Positions 47,967 through 58,293 are shown, numbered from the stretch's first letter. The stretch: 64,000 nt of DNA from Patescibacteria group bacterium (GCA_043807255.1 JAZDGD010000009.1:29476-93475); one strand, 5' to 3'. Numbers and translations: made by a program. Notes: generated by a model not told the origin, from the letters alone.

Positions 47967-48158
47967 TGTTTTTTTAATTAAAAATCTGCGACCTTTCCGC
48001 AGACAAACCTCTAAACTTATGGATATTAAACCCACAAATTTTCAGTCTCGACAGGATTTAAGCTTTCGCAACCTGTTGTCTACGACCATCTAATTATGCA
48101 TTAATAGTATTACAATTTTAAACCGTTGTCAAGCTTGCCCGCCTCTGACGAGATACCC

Positions 48159-49127
48159 TTAATTTAAATATTTCGCCTTGTTCGCATTGTGTTCTTCAAT
48201 TGTTTTTGAATAGATCATTGTGCCATCTGGAGCATTTAAAAAATACAAATAATCTGTTTGCTGGGGATTAAGTGCCGCCTCAATTGCTGATAATCCAGGG
48301 TTATTTATCGGTCCTGGCGGAAGTCCGGGATAAAGATAGGTATTGTATGGCGATTTTATGCGCGTATCTTCATATGTATATTGTGCCTTATCAACACCCA
48401 AAATATATCCTATTGTTGCGCATGATTGTAATGGAATGCCGGCGTTAATTCTTTTCCAAAAAATATTAGAAACAATTATTTTGTCCTGTTCGGTTTTAAC
48501 TTCTTTTTCAATAATGCTTGCCATAATTACTGTGTCGCGTAATTTCATACTAGAATCGAGCAATAAATTTTCTGAAATCCCTCCTATTTTTTGAAGAAAA
48601 TTATCACGCATTTTTTTTACAACCAAATCAACACTAGAGTTTGTATAGAAATAATAGGTATCAGGGAATAAATATCCTTCATTCTCTGTAGAAATTTTTG
48701 CGTCTTCGTTAATTACGTTATTATCTTTCAGGCGTGCTTCGATTTTTTTAATATCCCATCCTTCGGGAATCGTAATTTTTACATAATCTTCTTTAATTTC
48801 ACCATTAACAATTATCTTGGCAATCTGCGACATACTCATCTGTGAATTTAATAAATACTCCCCTGCCTGTATATGGTTAATGTGTCCCTTGGTCCATAAA
48901 TAAAACACAAACCCCCACTTACTATTTATGATTCCATTGTCTTTTAAAACCTGTGCAGTCTCATCAGAACCAAGTCCTTTTTCAATAACCACAATCTTGT
49001 CTTCTCCGCTACATTTTGGTTGTATCAATCCCAAACCAAGAATTAAAAAAAACAAAACAGCAAAAAATATTATTACTACTTTTCTATTTTTTGATAATTT
49101 AATTATTTTTTCGAATATTGGTTTCAT
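48159..49127 (-). CDS. mltG: Endolytic murein transglycosylase MltG (YceG-like)
   Basis: N-terminal TM helix; LQSCATIGYILG and GLPPGPINNPG motifs. Confidence 0.75.
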   Translation of the reverse strand: MKPIFEKIIKLSKNRKVVIIFFAVLFFLILGLGLIQPKCSGEDKIVVIEKGLGSDETAQVLKDNGIINSKWGFVFYLWTKGHINHIQAGEYLLNSQMSMSQIAKIIVNGEIKEDYVKITIPEGWDIKKIEARLKDNNVINEDAKISTENEGYLFPDTYYFYTNSSVDLVVKKMRDNFLQKIGGISENLLLDSSMKLRDTVIMASIIEKEVKTEQDKIIVSNIFWKRINAGIPLQSCATIGYILGVDKAQYTYEDTRIKSPYNTYLYPGLPPGPINNPGLSAIEAALNPQQTDYLYFLNAPDGTMIYSKTIEEHNANKAKYLN

Positions 49128-49132
49128 GCTTT

Positions 49133-49203
49133 CAGGCCCGGGAGGAATTGAACCCCCGACTAAGATTTTGGAGATCTTCGTGATACCACTTCACCACGAG
49201 CCT
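49133..49203 (-). tRNA. tRNA-Trp (anticodon CCA)
   Basis: Hand-folded. Anticodon loop CTCCAAA. Confidence 0.65.
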
Positions 49204-49209
49204 AATTTC

Positions 49210-49368
49210 CTATTTTTTTGTTTCCTTATGAATCGTGTTTTTTCTGCACCATTTGCAGAACTTGCTCAACTGCAATTTTTCCTCAACAGTTTTTTTATTT
49301 CTGCGAGTAAAATGGTTGACGCGCTTACACTTTTCACAAGCTAATTTTACCGTAAAATCTTTTTTCAT
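49210..49368 (-). CDS. rpmG: 50S ribosomal protein L33
   Basis: MKKDFTVKLACEKCKRVNHFTRRNKKTVEEKLQLSKFCKWCRKNTIHKETKK. The longer listed ORF runs over tRNA genes. Confidence 0.8.
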   Translation of the reverse strand: MKKDFTVKLACEKCKRVNHFTRRNKKTVEEKLQLSKFCKWCRKNTIHKETKK

Positions 49369-49394
49369 ATATTTGTTTTTATTTTTATTATTTT

Positions 49395-49470
49395 TGGAGC
49401 CAAGATCGGGAATCGAACCCGAGACCTTCCCCTTACCATGGGGATGCTCTGCCAGCTGAGCTATCTTGGC
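49395..49470 (-). tRNA. tRNA-Thr (anticodon GGT), CCA encoded
   Basis: Hand-folded. Confidence 0.65.
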
Positions 49471-49511
49471 ATTGTGGGCCTGCCCACCGAAGCTCCGCGG
49501 TGCGGAGCGAA

Positions 49512-49595
49512 GGTGGGAGCGGGTGGACTCGAACCACCGAAGCCGTGAGGCGACAGATTTACAGTCTGTTGCAATAGCCGCTATGCGACGCTCCC
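49512..49595 (-). tRNA. tRNA-Tyr (anticodon GTA), long variable arm
   Basis: Hand-folded. Anticodon loop CTGTAAA. Confidence 0.65.
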
Positions 49596-49600
49596 TCAAA

Positions 49601-49672
49601 AGCCGACGGGGTGAATCGAACACCCGACAAATAGTTTACAAAACTATTGCTCTACCACTGAGCTACATCGGC
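49601..49672 (-). tRNA. tRNA-Thr (anticodon TGT)
   Basis: Hand-folded. Anticodon loop TTTGTAA. Confidence 0.65.
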
Positions 49673-49974
49673 GGATCTTGTTTCTTCTTTTTTAAATAAC
49701 TAGTTATTCTTGCAGAAGAATTGTGAAGTTTTAAAACAAACACTCTAAATTTTCTTAAAAATTTTTCCGTTTTAGGAATAATGGCATTGTGTAAAACTTC
49801 GCTTTGATTTGCACTCTCTTTTATTTTTTTAATTCTACTAACAATCTTGTGCTTTAACGATGTTTCTTCAAATGGACGTCGCGGATAATTTAAAAGAACA
49901 GGGATCTTTTTGAAAACCACAACAAGAAACCCTGCGATGCCCACTCCTAAAATAATTTGAAAAACTAATACCAT
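49663..49974 (-). CDS. Small membrane-anchored basic protein, hypothetical (3' end overlaps the tRNA)
   Basis: 103 aa with an N-terminal TM helix. Overlaps tRNA-Thr by about 10 nt. Confidence 0.25.
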   Translation of the reverse strand: MVLVFQIILGVGIAGFLVVVFKKIPVLLNYPRRPFEETSLKHKIVSRIKKIKESANQSEVLHNAIIPKTEKFLRKFRVFVLKLHNSSARITSYLKKKKQDPPM

Positions 49975-49980
49975 CGTTAA

Positions 49981-50430
49981 TTAAAGCTCATATCTAATGA
50001 ACTTTTCTATTTTAATATTCTCTCCCAGCTTACCAATTTTAGCTTCAATTAAATCCTTAACGGTGATTGAAGGATTTTTTATAAATGGTTCGGCTAATAA
50101 TGTTTCTGGGTCTTTTGAATTCATGCCAGCAATATGCATTGCAATTTCATGTGCTAGTTCTTTAAATTCCTCGTTCTTGGCAACAAAATCGGTTTCGCAT
50201 TTTAATTCTAATAAAACACCAATTTTTGCATTGGCATGAATATATGCTTCAATTACACCCTGATTTGCGGTTCTGTCTGATTTTTTCATTGCCGTTAATT
50301 TGTCTTTTTCTTTTAAAATTTCGGTTGCCTTTGTTTCGTCGCCATTCGCCTCTTCCAGCGCCTTTTTACAATCCATCATTGAAGCTCCTGTTTTTTCTCT
50401 TAATTGTTTGACTAGGTCTGCGTTTATCAT
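49981..50430 (-). CDS. tsf: Elongation factor Ts (short form)
   Basis: UBA-like N-terminus LVKQLREKTGASMMDCKKAL. Confidence 0.8.
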   Translation of the reverse strand: MINADLVKQLREKTGASMMDCKKALEEANGDETKATEILKEKDKLTAMKKSDRTANQGVIEAYIHANAKIGVLLELKCETDFVAKNEEFKELAHEIAMHIAGMNSKDPETLLAEPFIKNPSITVKDLIEAKIGKLGENIKIEKFIRYEL

Positions 50431-50449
50431 ATATTGTTTACTTGCCCCA

Positions 50450-51187
50450 TTATGCGGGGATTATTACTTTTTCAACTTGATTAAGCATGAATTGAAGCGC
50501 ACTTACTGCTTCATCATTAGCGGGAATAATATAGTCCACTAACGCTGGATTACTGTCCGTATCAACCAAAGAAATTACTGGAATTTTCTTTATCTTGGCC
50601 TCCCTAATTGCGGTCAAATGATCCTTAACCCCCAAAACAAATATTGCGTCTGGCAATTTATCTAATGATTTTAATCCGCCAAAATTTTTATTCAATTTAT
50701 CGATTTCCTTATCGAATGCTTTTTGTTCTTTTTTGGTATATTTCTTTAGCTCCCCTTCTTCTCTTTTCTTTTCCAGGCCGATAAAGTGATCGATTCTTTT
50801 TCTGATTGTTCTGAAGTTTGTTAAAAGTCCACCAATCCAACGCAAAGAAACATATGGCATTTTACATCTTTCCGCTGTTTCTTTTAAAATTAACTGAGAT
50901 TGTGGTCTAACCCCAACAAAAAGAATTTTTCCACTATTTTTAATTATTTCTTCAATAAAATCCAATGCTTTTTCTAATCCTTTCATCGTTTCCTCTAAAT
51001 TGATAATCTGAATGTTGTTTTTTATGCCATGGATATATGGATCCATTTTTGGATGATGATTGCCTTTTTTGTGTCCAAAATGAACACCAGCACTAAACAT
51101 TTCTTTAGCTAATTCCTCTGAAACTATTGTTTTTTTATTTTCATTTGTCATATCAATTATACTATCATAAGAATTTCGATATTGCAA
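50450..51187 (-). CDS. rpsB: 30S ribosomal protein S2
   Basis: S2-like. Conserved rpsB-tsf order. Confidence 0.85.
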   Translation of the reverse strand: MQYRNSYDSIIDMTNENKKTIVSEELAKEMFSAGVHFGHKKGNHHPKMDPYIHGIKNNIQIINLEETMKGLEKALDFIEEIIKNSGKILFVGVRPQSQLILKETAERCKMPYVSLRWIGGLLTNFRTIRKRIDHFIGLEKKREEGELKKYTKKEQKAFDKEIDKLNKNFGGLKSLDKLPDAIFVLGVKDHLTAIREAKIKKIPVISLVDTDSNPALVDYIIPANDEAVSALQFMLNQVEKVIIPA

Positions 51188-51324
51188 GTCAACCCCACCA
51201 AGGCGGGGTTGACTCTTATATATTTATATTATATCATATACTATATGAAAAAAGATATTCATCTCCCGACCGCTGTCGGGATCCCGACCGAAGTCGGGAC
51301 AGGCCCAATAAGTAAAAATAGTTT

Positions 51325-51537
51325 ATGAAAAAAAATATACATCCAGAATATTACGAACAAGCAACAGTCCATTGTGGTTGTGGCAAAATATTTAAAATGG
51401 GTGCAACCAAGCCGGAAATACACGTTGAGGTGTGTAGCGCTTGCCATCCTTTTTATACTGGTCAAGACAAAATCTTGGACTCTGCTGGACGTGTTGATAA
51501 ATTCAAAAAACGATTAGCCAAAAAAACAATTAAATAA
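51325..51537 (+). CDS. rpmE: 50S ribosomal protein L31
   Basis: [11 protein letters not shown]...CGCG...[10 protein letters not shown]. Confidence 0.85.
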   Translation: MKKNIHPEYYEQATVHCGCGKIFKMGATKPEIHVEVCSACHPFYTGQDKILDSAGRVDKFKKRLAKKTIK

Positions 51538-51551
51538 CAGTTACGCAACCT

Positions 51552-52286
51552 ATGAGCGCTAATCCCAACAGTATAATTATAGAAATTAGAGCTGGTGCTG
51601 GTGGCGACGAAGCTGCCATTTTTGCTGCTGATTTGTATCGAATGTATTCTCGTTTTGCCGAAAAACAGGGATGGAAATTAAGAGTTTTAGATTCTAGTGA
51701 ATCTGGATCGAAAGGGATCAAAGAAATTAGTTTTCAAATTTCCGGAGCTGATGTTTATAATCTATTGAAACAAGAAGGTGGGGTTCATCGCGTACAAAGA
51801 ATCCCTGAAACAGAAAAAAACGGTAGAATTCATACTTCAACCGCATCAGTGGCAGTACTTCCCTACGTTGAACCAAAAGAATTTGAAATTAAAGCAAGTG
51901 ATTTAAAAATTGACACTTTTAAGTCGTCTGGTCCAGGCGGGCAATACGTGAATAAAACCGAATCCGCAATTAGAATCACGCATATGCCATCTGGGTTTGT
52001 TGTTGCCTCTCAGCGCGAACGAAGCCAGGCGGCGAACAAAGAAACGGCCATGAACTTATTACGTTCACGGCTTTTCGCATTTTTAGAAAACAAAGAAATA
52101 CAAAAATTGGGACAAGAAAGAAATGCACAAATTGGCACCGCTGATAGGTCGGAAAAAATCCGCACCTACAACTTTCCCCAAGATCGCATCACCGACCATC
52201 GCATCAAAAAAGAATGGCACAATATTGAAGACATCATTAATGGCAACTTCTACCCGATTATCAAAAAATTCCAAAGACCCGAATAA
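51552..52286 (+). CDS. prfA: Peptide chain release factor 1, domains 2-4 only (domain 1 absent; PET in place of PAT)
   Basis: GGQ motif [44 protein letters not shown] aligns to the RF1 PAT region. 244 aa against about 360 aa typical. Confidence 0.75.
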   Translation: MSANPNSIIIEIRAGAGGDEAAIFAADLYRMYSRFAEKQGWKLRVLDSSESGSKGIKEISFQISGADVYNLLKQEGGVHRVQRIPETEKNGRIHTSTASVAVLPYVEPKEFEIKASDLKIDTFKSSGPGGQYVNKTESAIRITHMPSGFVVASQRERSQAANKETAMNLLRSRLFAFLENKEIQKLGQERNAQIGTADRSEKIRTYNFPQDRITDHRIKKEWHNIEDIINGNFYPIIKKFQRPE

Positions 52287-52287
52287 A

Positions 52288-52315
52288 CCCTCACCCAAAG
52301 TGAGGATTTATTTTA
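52288..52315. terminator. Bidirectional terminator (ccctcacccaaagtgaggg with flanking T/A tracts)
   Basis: Hairpin followed by TTTATTTT. Confidence 0.65.
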
Positions 52316-52316
52316 T

Positions 52317-52422
52317 ACTGAGACAACTTCGGAAGCCAAAAGCACGGTTTTTTCTGAAAGAAAAATTTTGGCTGAGAATTAATGCAGCCACCCGCTGGGG
52401 TGGCTGACATGTGTCGACATAT
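52317..52422 (-). ncRNA. Conserved structured element, copy B (3' region of the SLT-domain gene)
   Basis: Aligns with 5174-5291. Ends 18 nt after the stop codon of 52441..53763. Confidence 0.4.
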
Positions 52423-52440
52423 AAAATGAATCTGAGCGTC

Positions 52441-53763
52441 CTACCCTTTTTCCATAATATCAATTTGTTCTTGAAAATTTTCTGCTCTTTCCATCACTTG
52501 ATCACCATAAAAACGCAAAGACGATTTTTGCCAATTTGCACCGGCCAAATACATCATTGTTGCTTTCCATTCTGCTTTTTCTGTTTTTTGATCAGCCCCC
52601 TTATTCACCAAATATAGTGCCGAAGCAATAAATGCATCTTTAACATTCCACGGTGATGGCGGATTATTTCCTGTTATTTCTGCAATTTTTGCCTTATACC
52701 CCAACCAAGTGGCTGGCATCATTTGCGCTGGGCCCATTGCCCCACCCCAACCATACCAAACCTTTTTTGATACTGGATATTTATCTGGGTCAATTCCCAA
52801 TTCTTCACAAATCTGTAAATAATAAGTTCTTTGGCTTAGTTTCATATCAACTCGCCACGTTCCTTTGCCAATATTTTTTCCCAATTCTGATTCTCTGCTT
52901 AAAATTGCCAAAAGAAACGCTGGCCTTATTCCAGTATGAATTCCTGCAAATTTTGCATATTTATATGCATCTTCAAACCTTAACGAACCATCAGTTGATA
53001 TGTCTTGCAAAAAATAAAGTTTGTTTTTTATCGTTTCTATGTCGGCCTGAGTTTTTTTCATTAACTGATTAAACAGATTTTCTTGGCCATTGGTTTGGGC
53101 CAATAAATTATTCCTTTGTTTTTTCTTTAGTTCCAACCCAGCCCTCTGTTCGGCTTGTATATATTTTAATGATGCCTGTTCTTCTTTCTCGTTCACTAAA
53201 TCTGTTTTTTCTTTTTCTAAGGTTGATTTTGCATTAGAAATTTTCTTAAGCTGTTCTTGAACCTGTTGATGAAAATTTTCTAAAGATCTTATTTCCGAAA
53301 GAAAATCCGATAAACTCCCTTCAGTCAAAACCACTTCTACAAGCGAAGTGTCGTCATATTTTCTCACTTCTCTCAATAATTCGGCAATAGTTGTTTTTTC
53401 TAAATCAACTTCGCGCTCTATTTCGCGAATTGATTTTTCTTTTTGATTTATTTGCTTGTCGAGTTTCTTAATCAACAAATCAGTTCTTTGAATTTCTAAT
53501 TCTGCAGAATTAATTTGTGCATCTAAAATCACGATTTCTGTTTTTAATGATTTTGCCTGTTGTTGATTTTCGGTTATTGCTTGCTGATACTGGCCAATTT
53601 TTGATTCCAATTCTTTTAGTCGTGCCTCTGCTTCTTGCTCTTGGACATCAATATCGAGAGATGTCTCGGCAAAAACAAAACCCGCTCTAAGCGGAAAAAC
53701 GCAAAAAATGGCAATAATTGCCATTAAAATAAAACTTTTATTAAGTTTAACAAACTTAATCAT
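52441..53763 (-). CDS. Secreted coiled-coil protein with a C-terminal lytic transglycosylase (SLT) domain
   Basis: Signal peptide, long coiled coil, and GGAMGPAQMMPATW with SLT-domain-like context. Confidence 0.6.
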   Translation of the reverse strand: MIKFVKLNKSFILMAIIAIFCVFPLRAGFVFAETSLDIDVQEQEAEARLKELESKIGQYQQAITENQQQAKSLKTEIVILDAQINSAELEIQRTDLLIKKLDKQINQKEKSIREIEREVDLEKTTIAELLREVRKYDDTSLVEVVLTEGSLSDFLSEIRSLENFHQQVQEQLKKISNAKSTLEKEKTDLVNEKEEQASLKYIQAEQRAGLELKKKQRNNLLAQTNGQENLFNQLMKKTQADIETIKNKLYFLQDISTDGSLRFEDAYKYAKFAGIHTGIRPAFLLAILSRESELGKNIGKGTWRVDMKLSQRTYYLQICEELGIDPDKYPVSKKVWYGWGGAMGPAQMMPATWLGYKAKIAEITGNNPPSPWNVKDAFIASALYLVNKGADQKTEKAEWKATMMYLAGANWQKSSLRFYGDQVMERAENFQEQIDIMEKG

Positions 53764-54428
53764 TCTTTGGGTTGTGGTTCTGTTTTTCCCTCCCCTTCAT
53801 CAACCTTCTTTTCCTCTTTAACTAGTTCTGGTTCGACAGTTTCTTTAACTTCGTCAGTAGATTTAATTTCTTCTTCAGTTCTTGGAGGTATCACAGAAAC
53901 AATTACCTCTTCTAAGTCAAGATCTATTTTTACGCCTGTTGGTAAAACTAAATCTTTAATTCTAATATTTTTATCAAAAGAATCTAAAATAGAAATATCG
54001 ATTCTGATTTCGTGTGGTAGATCTTTTGGCAATGCCTCTACTTCGATATGGTTCATGTTCTTAATCAAAACACCTTCCAAATTTTTAACTGCCGGCGCTT
54101 CGCCCTCAAAAATTAATGGTACTTCTGCTTTAATCACTTGATCCATTCTTACCTGGTAAAAATCAACATGGATAAATCGATCACTCATTGGATCTTTTGC
54201 AATTTCATTAATTAAAACATTTTTTGATTCACTGCCAATTTTTAATTTAACAAGCGTGTTTTCTCCTGATTGCTCAAAGATTTTTCTAAATTCTTCATAA
54301 TCAACCTGAACCGAAACTGACTTATGGCCCGAACCATAAATTACAGCAGGAATAATCCCTTTTTCTCGAAGGGCTTCCAACTTTTTTCCCACATCTTCTC
54401 TTTTTTCAGCTTTTAATTCTAAATCCAT
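53760..54428 (-). CDS. rplY: 50S ribosomal protein L25/general stress protein Ctc
   Basis: L25-like N-terminus with an acidic C-terminal extension. Confidence 0.75.
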   Translation of the reverse strand: MDLELKAEKREDVGKKLEALREKGIIPAVIYGSGHKSVSVQVDYEEFRKIFEQSGENTLVKLKIGSESKNVLINEIAKDPMSDRFIHVDFYQVRMDQVIKAEVPLIFEGEAPAVKNLEGVLIKNMNHIEVEALPKDLPHEIRIDISILDSFDKNIRIKDLVLPTGVKIDLDLEEVIVSVIPPRTEEEIKSTDEVKETVEPELVKEEKKVDEGEGKTEPQPKE

Positions 54429-54462
54429 TGCGTTTTTATATTATCAGAACTTAATTTAAAAA

Positions 54463-55329
54463 TCAAGCTTTGTTTTGGCCACCGAATAATACAACTTTAT
54501 CTGCGACTACCTTTTTTACTGCTTCCATCGCTGGAAACAAAATTTTGTACGGTTTTACTTCGTCTAAATTTTCTTCTAAAAATTTCTTTAAGGCGTTTTT
54601 ATAAGCAATCCTAATTTCTGTATTAATGTTAATTTTAACTATCCCTTTTTTAATTGCTTGTTGCAAATCATCTCTTGGTGTTCCCGATCCACCATGCAAA
54701 ACCAACATCGTGCTGGGCACGGCTCGTCTAATTTCTTCTAAACGATCAATATATAAATGTGGATCGTCATCACCGCCTTCTTTCATGCCATGAATGTTTC
54801 CAATTGCAATCGCCAACAAATCAACTCCTGTTTTTTTAATAAACTCCTTTGCTTCCTCTGGCTGGGTTAAATCAGAAAGTTTTATTTTCACATCTTGATG
54901 AATATCTGAACCGCCTGGCAAACAACCAATTTCTGCCTCCACCACAATATCTGGATTCACGCTTTTTGCATATTCAATAACTCGTTTCGTAATTGCTACA
55001 TTTTCATCAAACGGCAATTTAGATCCATCAAAGTGAACACTGTCGTAGCCAGCATCAACGACTTCTTTAATGCTTTCGAATGTTTTGCAATGATCAGCGT
55101 TCAAAATAATTGGTAAACCAGTTTGTTTTTGCCACGATTTAACCAAAGCAACAATCTGATCAACGCCAATAAATTCTCTCTCTCCCTCCGATGTCCCAAT
55201 AATCACTGGCGCATTTAATTCTTTGGCAACCTCAACAATCGCCGTTATTTGTTCGTCTGTAGAAACATTAAACTGACCAATCGCATAACCGTGCATTTGC
55301 GCTTTTTCAAAAATTTCTATTGTTTTCAT
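54463..55329 (-). CDS. fba: Class II fructose-bisphosphate aldolase
   Basis: 288 aa with aldolase class II motifs (LVLHGGSG). Confidence 0.8.
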   Translation of the reverse strand: MKTIEIFEKAQMHGYAIGQFNVSTDEQITAIVEVAKELNAPVIIGTSEGEREFIGVDQIVALVKSWQKQTGLPIILNADHCKTFESIKEVVDAGYDSVHFDGSKLPFDENVAITKRVIEYAKSVNPDIVVEAEIGCLPGGSDIHQDVKIKLSDLTQPEEAKEFIKKTGVDLLAIAIGNIHGMKEGGDDDPHLYIDRLEEIRRAVPSTMLVLHGGSGTPRDDLQQAIKKGIVKININTEIRIAYKNALKKFLEENLDEVKPYKILFPAMEAVKKVVADKVVLFGGQNKA

Positions 55330-56564
55330 AGTTCTATAAAACCTTTGTCAAAATTATCAACCATTAATTTTTCTAAATTTTCTGGGCCCATGTATTCGGA
55401 AAAAATTTCGTTCCACAATGCTTCCTGGTGATGATAAAGATATTTTAAACTTTGTTCTTTATTTACCAATCCCATCCAATTATCAATTAAATCAAAGCTA
55501 ACTAATTCCTCTTTGCCCTGATTATTTTTAAAGAATCCGCCAACCCAATCTAAATCATACCATAATTCTAAATCAATATTTTCAAATCTCTTTCCTAAAT
55601 CACTGATATCTTTTTCCGTTTTTTTCCAATGCAATGCTTCGGGATTAACGTGCGGAACAAACAAATACGGATCTTCTGGATTGTCCTTGGCCAAATATCT
55701 TTGAATAATCGGCCAGATCATTTTTTCTTGATTTTTTGGTTGTTCTAAAATTTCACCCTTCAACAGGGAAATAACCTTTTTACCAAAATTTTCCGACAAA
55801 CTAGCTTTTCTAAATAATCTTGAATAAAATTCTGTTTCGTGTAAATAATGCAAAACCATTGAAAACACCCTCAATGTTTCTCCGGGAGTATTAATTTTTA
55901 AAGGAATCACGAACACGACCCCCAACTCCTTAAGATGGCTAACATTATGATATTTCTTTTTTACAAATCCCTCTGCTATTTTTAACCATTTTTCTGACAG
56001 AACAATCAATTTTGTTTTTCTTTCTTCAAAGTCATCAGGAATTAGTTTTTGATATGTTTCATCAAATGCTTTATGCATCCACTCATTGTTTTCCACAAAG
56101 CGAAATGCAGCAAAAATTTCATACAAGTTTTCTTTTTCCAAAAGCTCATCCACATCCTTATACCCCAATACCTTCATTATGTTTGGTGGTGGGTTTTTTC
56201 TTAAAATATCTTTAGCAATTTCTTCTTTTAAAACAAACAACGGTTCGGTATTTGCTAATTCTAGGGCAAAATTAAATAAAGTTTTGTATCCCTCAACGCT
56301 GGCTCCGTCAGGATTTCTGAATAATTCACATACAGCGCGATCGTCTTTCTGTAATTTTGTGATTAAAGACAGGGCAACATTTTCTGCTGAATAATCGTGA
56401 CAATTCAAGGCAGACATTGTTTTACTGATTCGAAATTCGTTTTCTTTAACCACCTTATCGAGTACTCCCGTTTTTCCGGTAACTTTATTCATCTTTTCTT
56501 CCATTTCTTTGACAATTTCTGGTTTAGCCCTAAATATTCTTGCTATATATTCATATGATTTCAT
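55326..56564 (-). CDS. Hypothetical protein (412 aa), co-transcribed with sugar-phosphate genes
   Basis: 4-nt overlaps with both neighbours. No motif recognised. Confidence 0.4.
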   Translation of the reverse strand: MKSYEYIARIFRAKPEIVKEMEEKMNKVTGKTGVLDKVVKENEFRISKTMSALNCHDYSAENVALSLITKLQKDDRAVCELFRNPDGASVEGYKTLFNFALELANTEPLFVLKEEIAKDILRKNPPPNIMKVLGYKDVDELLEKENLYEIFAAFRFVENNEWMHKAFDETYQKLIPDDFEERKTKLIVLSEKWLKIAEGFVKKKYHNVSHLKELGVVFVIPLKINTPGETLRVFSMVLHYLHETEFYSRLFRKASLSENFGKKVISLLKGEILEQPKNQEKMIWPIIQRYLAKDNPEDPYLFVPHVNPEALHWKKTEKDISDLGKRFENIDLELWYDLDWVGGFFKNNQGKEELVSFDLIDNWMGLVNKEQSLKYLYHHQEALWNEIFSEYMGPENLEKLMVDNFDKGFIEL

Positions 56565-57553
56565 AATTTTATTTTACTTGTTTCTAATTTCTCCCAACGC
56601 GATTCGGTTTCGAATCGTTTTTTTGTTAATAAACCATTTTTTGCTCCCATCGCCTCTACAACCGCGGTACCATTGGCAGTTCCCAGTCTTATGGCTTCTT
56701 CAATTGTGTCGTAACGCATTATCCCGGAAACAAAACCCGAACCAAATGCATCTCCAGCACCAGTTCGATCAATGAATTTTTCTTCTTTAAACGTTCCCGC
56801 CCTATAGATATATTCTCCATCAGAAACAACAACTCCTTCTGGCCCCTTAGTCATAATAACGATTCCCCTGACATATTCGTCTAATTTTTTAAAAATCTCA
56901 TTCTCTTGTTCAAATGGAAGTTCGGCTAATTTTGCGCCCTCTTCTTGATTTAAATTTAAAATATCAACGGCATTCAAAACATCTTTCAATCCCTCTAGCC
57001 CCAAAGACAATTGATCCTTCCCTGGATTTAATGCAACTTTAATATTATTTTTCTTGGCAAAATTTATTATTGGCAAAAGTGTTTTTGCTGATTCTCCCGG
57101 CAAGGGTGCAATATAAAACCATTTTGCTTTTAGTTTATTAAGGGGTATATCATTTTCATTTAAATAATAACAAGCTCCGGGATAATTTAAAATTGTTCGT
57201 TCTTTGTCAGAAACTGACAGAATAATTGAATGCCCGGTTATTTGCTTTTTGTCCTCAATAATAAAATCTTTAACTTTTAATTCTTTAAGTTCCCTCTTAA
57301 TTGATTCTCCACTAATATCGTTCCCAACTTTTCCTACGCAACCAACCTTAAATCCCTGATAAGCAAAAGTGGTCGAAACATTTGTTCCACCGCCACCAGA
57401 AGCAAAAAATATCTCATCAATTTGATTTTTTGAACCCAAATCAAAACATATCCCCTGCCCGGTTGCAAAATCATCGCTTTTTATTACTCTAAAATTCTTA
57501 CTTCTTAAAAAGAAATCTCTAGTTGCCGAGCCGAATGTAATAATATCGAACAT
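56561..57553 (-). CDS. PfkB-family carbohydrate kinase
   Basis: DRTGAGDAFGSGFVSG (PfkB signature 2) and a GG motif. Confidence 0.75.
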   Translation of the reverse strand: MFDIITFGSATRDFFLRSKNFRVIKSDDFATGQGICFDLGSKNQIDEIFFASGGGGTNVSTTFAYQGFKVGCVGKVGNDISGESIKRELKELKVKDFIIEDKKQITGHSIILSVSDKERTILNYPGACYYLNENDIPLNKLKAKWFYIAPLPGESAKTLLPIINFAKKNNIKVALNPGKDQLSLGLEGLKDVLNAVDILNLNQEEGAKLAELPFEQENEIFKKLDEYVRGIVIMTKGPEGVVVSDGEYIYRAGTFKEEKFIDRTGAGDAFGSGFVSGIMRYDTIEEAIRLGTANGTAVVEAMGAKNGLLTKKRFETESRWEKLETSKIKL

Positions 57554-57560
57554 ACTTTGT

Positions 57561-58292
57561 TTATTTAATTAATTTGTTTAATTTTTCAATTGCTTTTTTA
57601 ACCCTATCACCTTCGTCCAAAGGTGAGGGGTTAATATCTTTGCTGCGATAAATATAGGTTCCCACGCCAAATAAATTTGTGCCTGCTTTGGCAATTTTTT
57701 TGATATTTTCATCATTCACTCCACCATCAACCTCGATATCTCCTTTCGGCCATCTTTTTCTTAGCGCTTCAATCTTTTCTAAAACCCAATATTTAAATTC
57801 TTGCCCACCCCACCCCGGCTGAACAGTCATAAATAAAACCAAATCCAAGTCCTTAATAAATGGCAAAACCGCTGCAAAATGAGTTTCCGGATTTAAGACC
57901 AAACCAAACTCCTTCCCCTGTGCATGCGCTTTTTCAATCATTGCCCGAATTCCCAATTCACGATTTGTGATTTTTGATTCAAAATGTACAAAAATTCTAT
58001 CTGCAACTTTCAACCAATCATCAAATTCATCTTCTGGCCTTTCTACCATTAAATGAATTTCGATTTTTAATTTTGTGTTTATTTTTTTTAATTTTTCAAT
58101 CTCTTTCGTATATGCTTTCCCTCTTTTCGCTTTCCCTGGCACAGCCGAATGTGGCCAAGTTTCATTATATACAAAAACACCGTCCATAACATCAATTTGG
58201 ACCCATTCCACATAGTCTTCAACCAGCTTAATCTTCTCTTCAACTTCTTCAAATGTCTTAACTAAAATTGTAGGTATTATTTGTTTTTGCAT
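57561..58292 (-). CDS. rpe: Ribulose-phosphate 3-epimerase
   Basis: Full-length RPE-like. Confidence 0.75.
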   Translation of the reverse strand: MQKQIIPTILVKTFEEVEEKIKLVEDYVEWVQIDVMDGVFVYNETWPHSAVPGKAKRGKAYTKEIEKLKKINTKLKIEIHLMVERPEDEFDDWLKVADRIFVHFESKITNRELGIRAMIEKAHAQGKEFGLVLNPETHFAAVLPFIKDLDLVLFMTVQPGWGGQEFKYWVLEKIEALRKRWPKGDIEVDGGVNDENIKKIAKAGTNLFGVGTYIYRSKDINPSPLDEGDRVKKAIEKLNKLIK

Positions 58293-58293
58293 T

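Noticed and set aside
49210-49623. 137-aa minus ORF extending rpmG upstream.
   Set aside because: Its N-terminal 85 codons run across tRNA-Thr and tRNA-Tyr genes. Only the C-terminal 52 codons, from MKKDFTVKL, correspond to L33.
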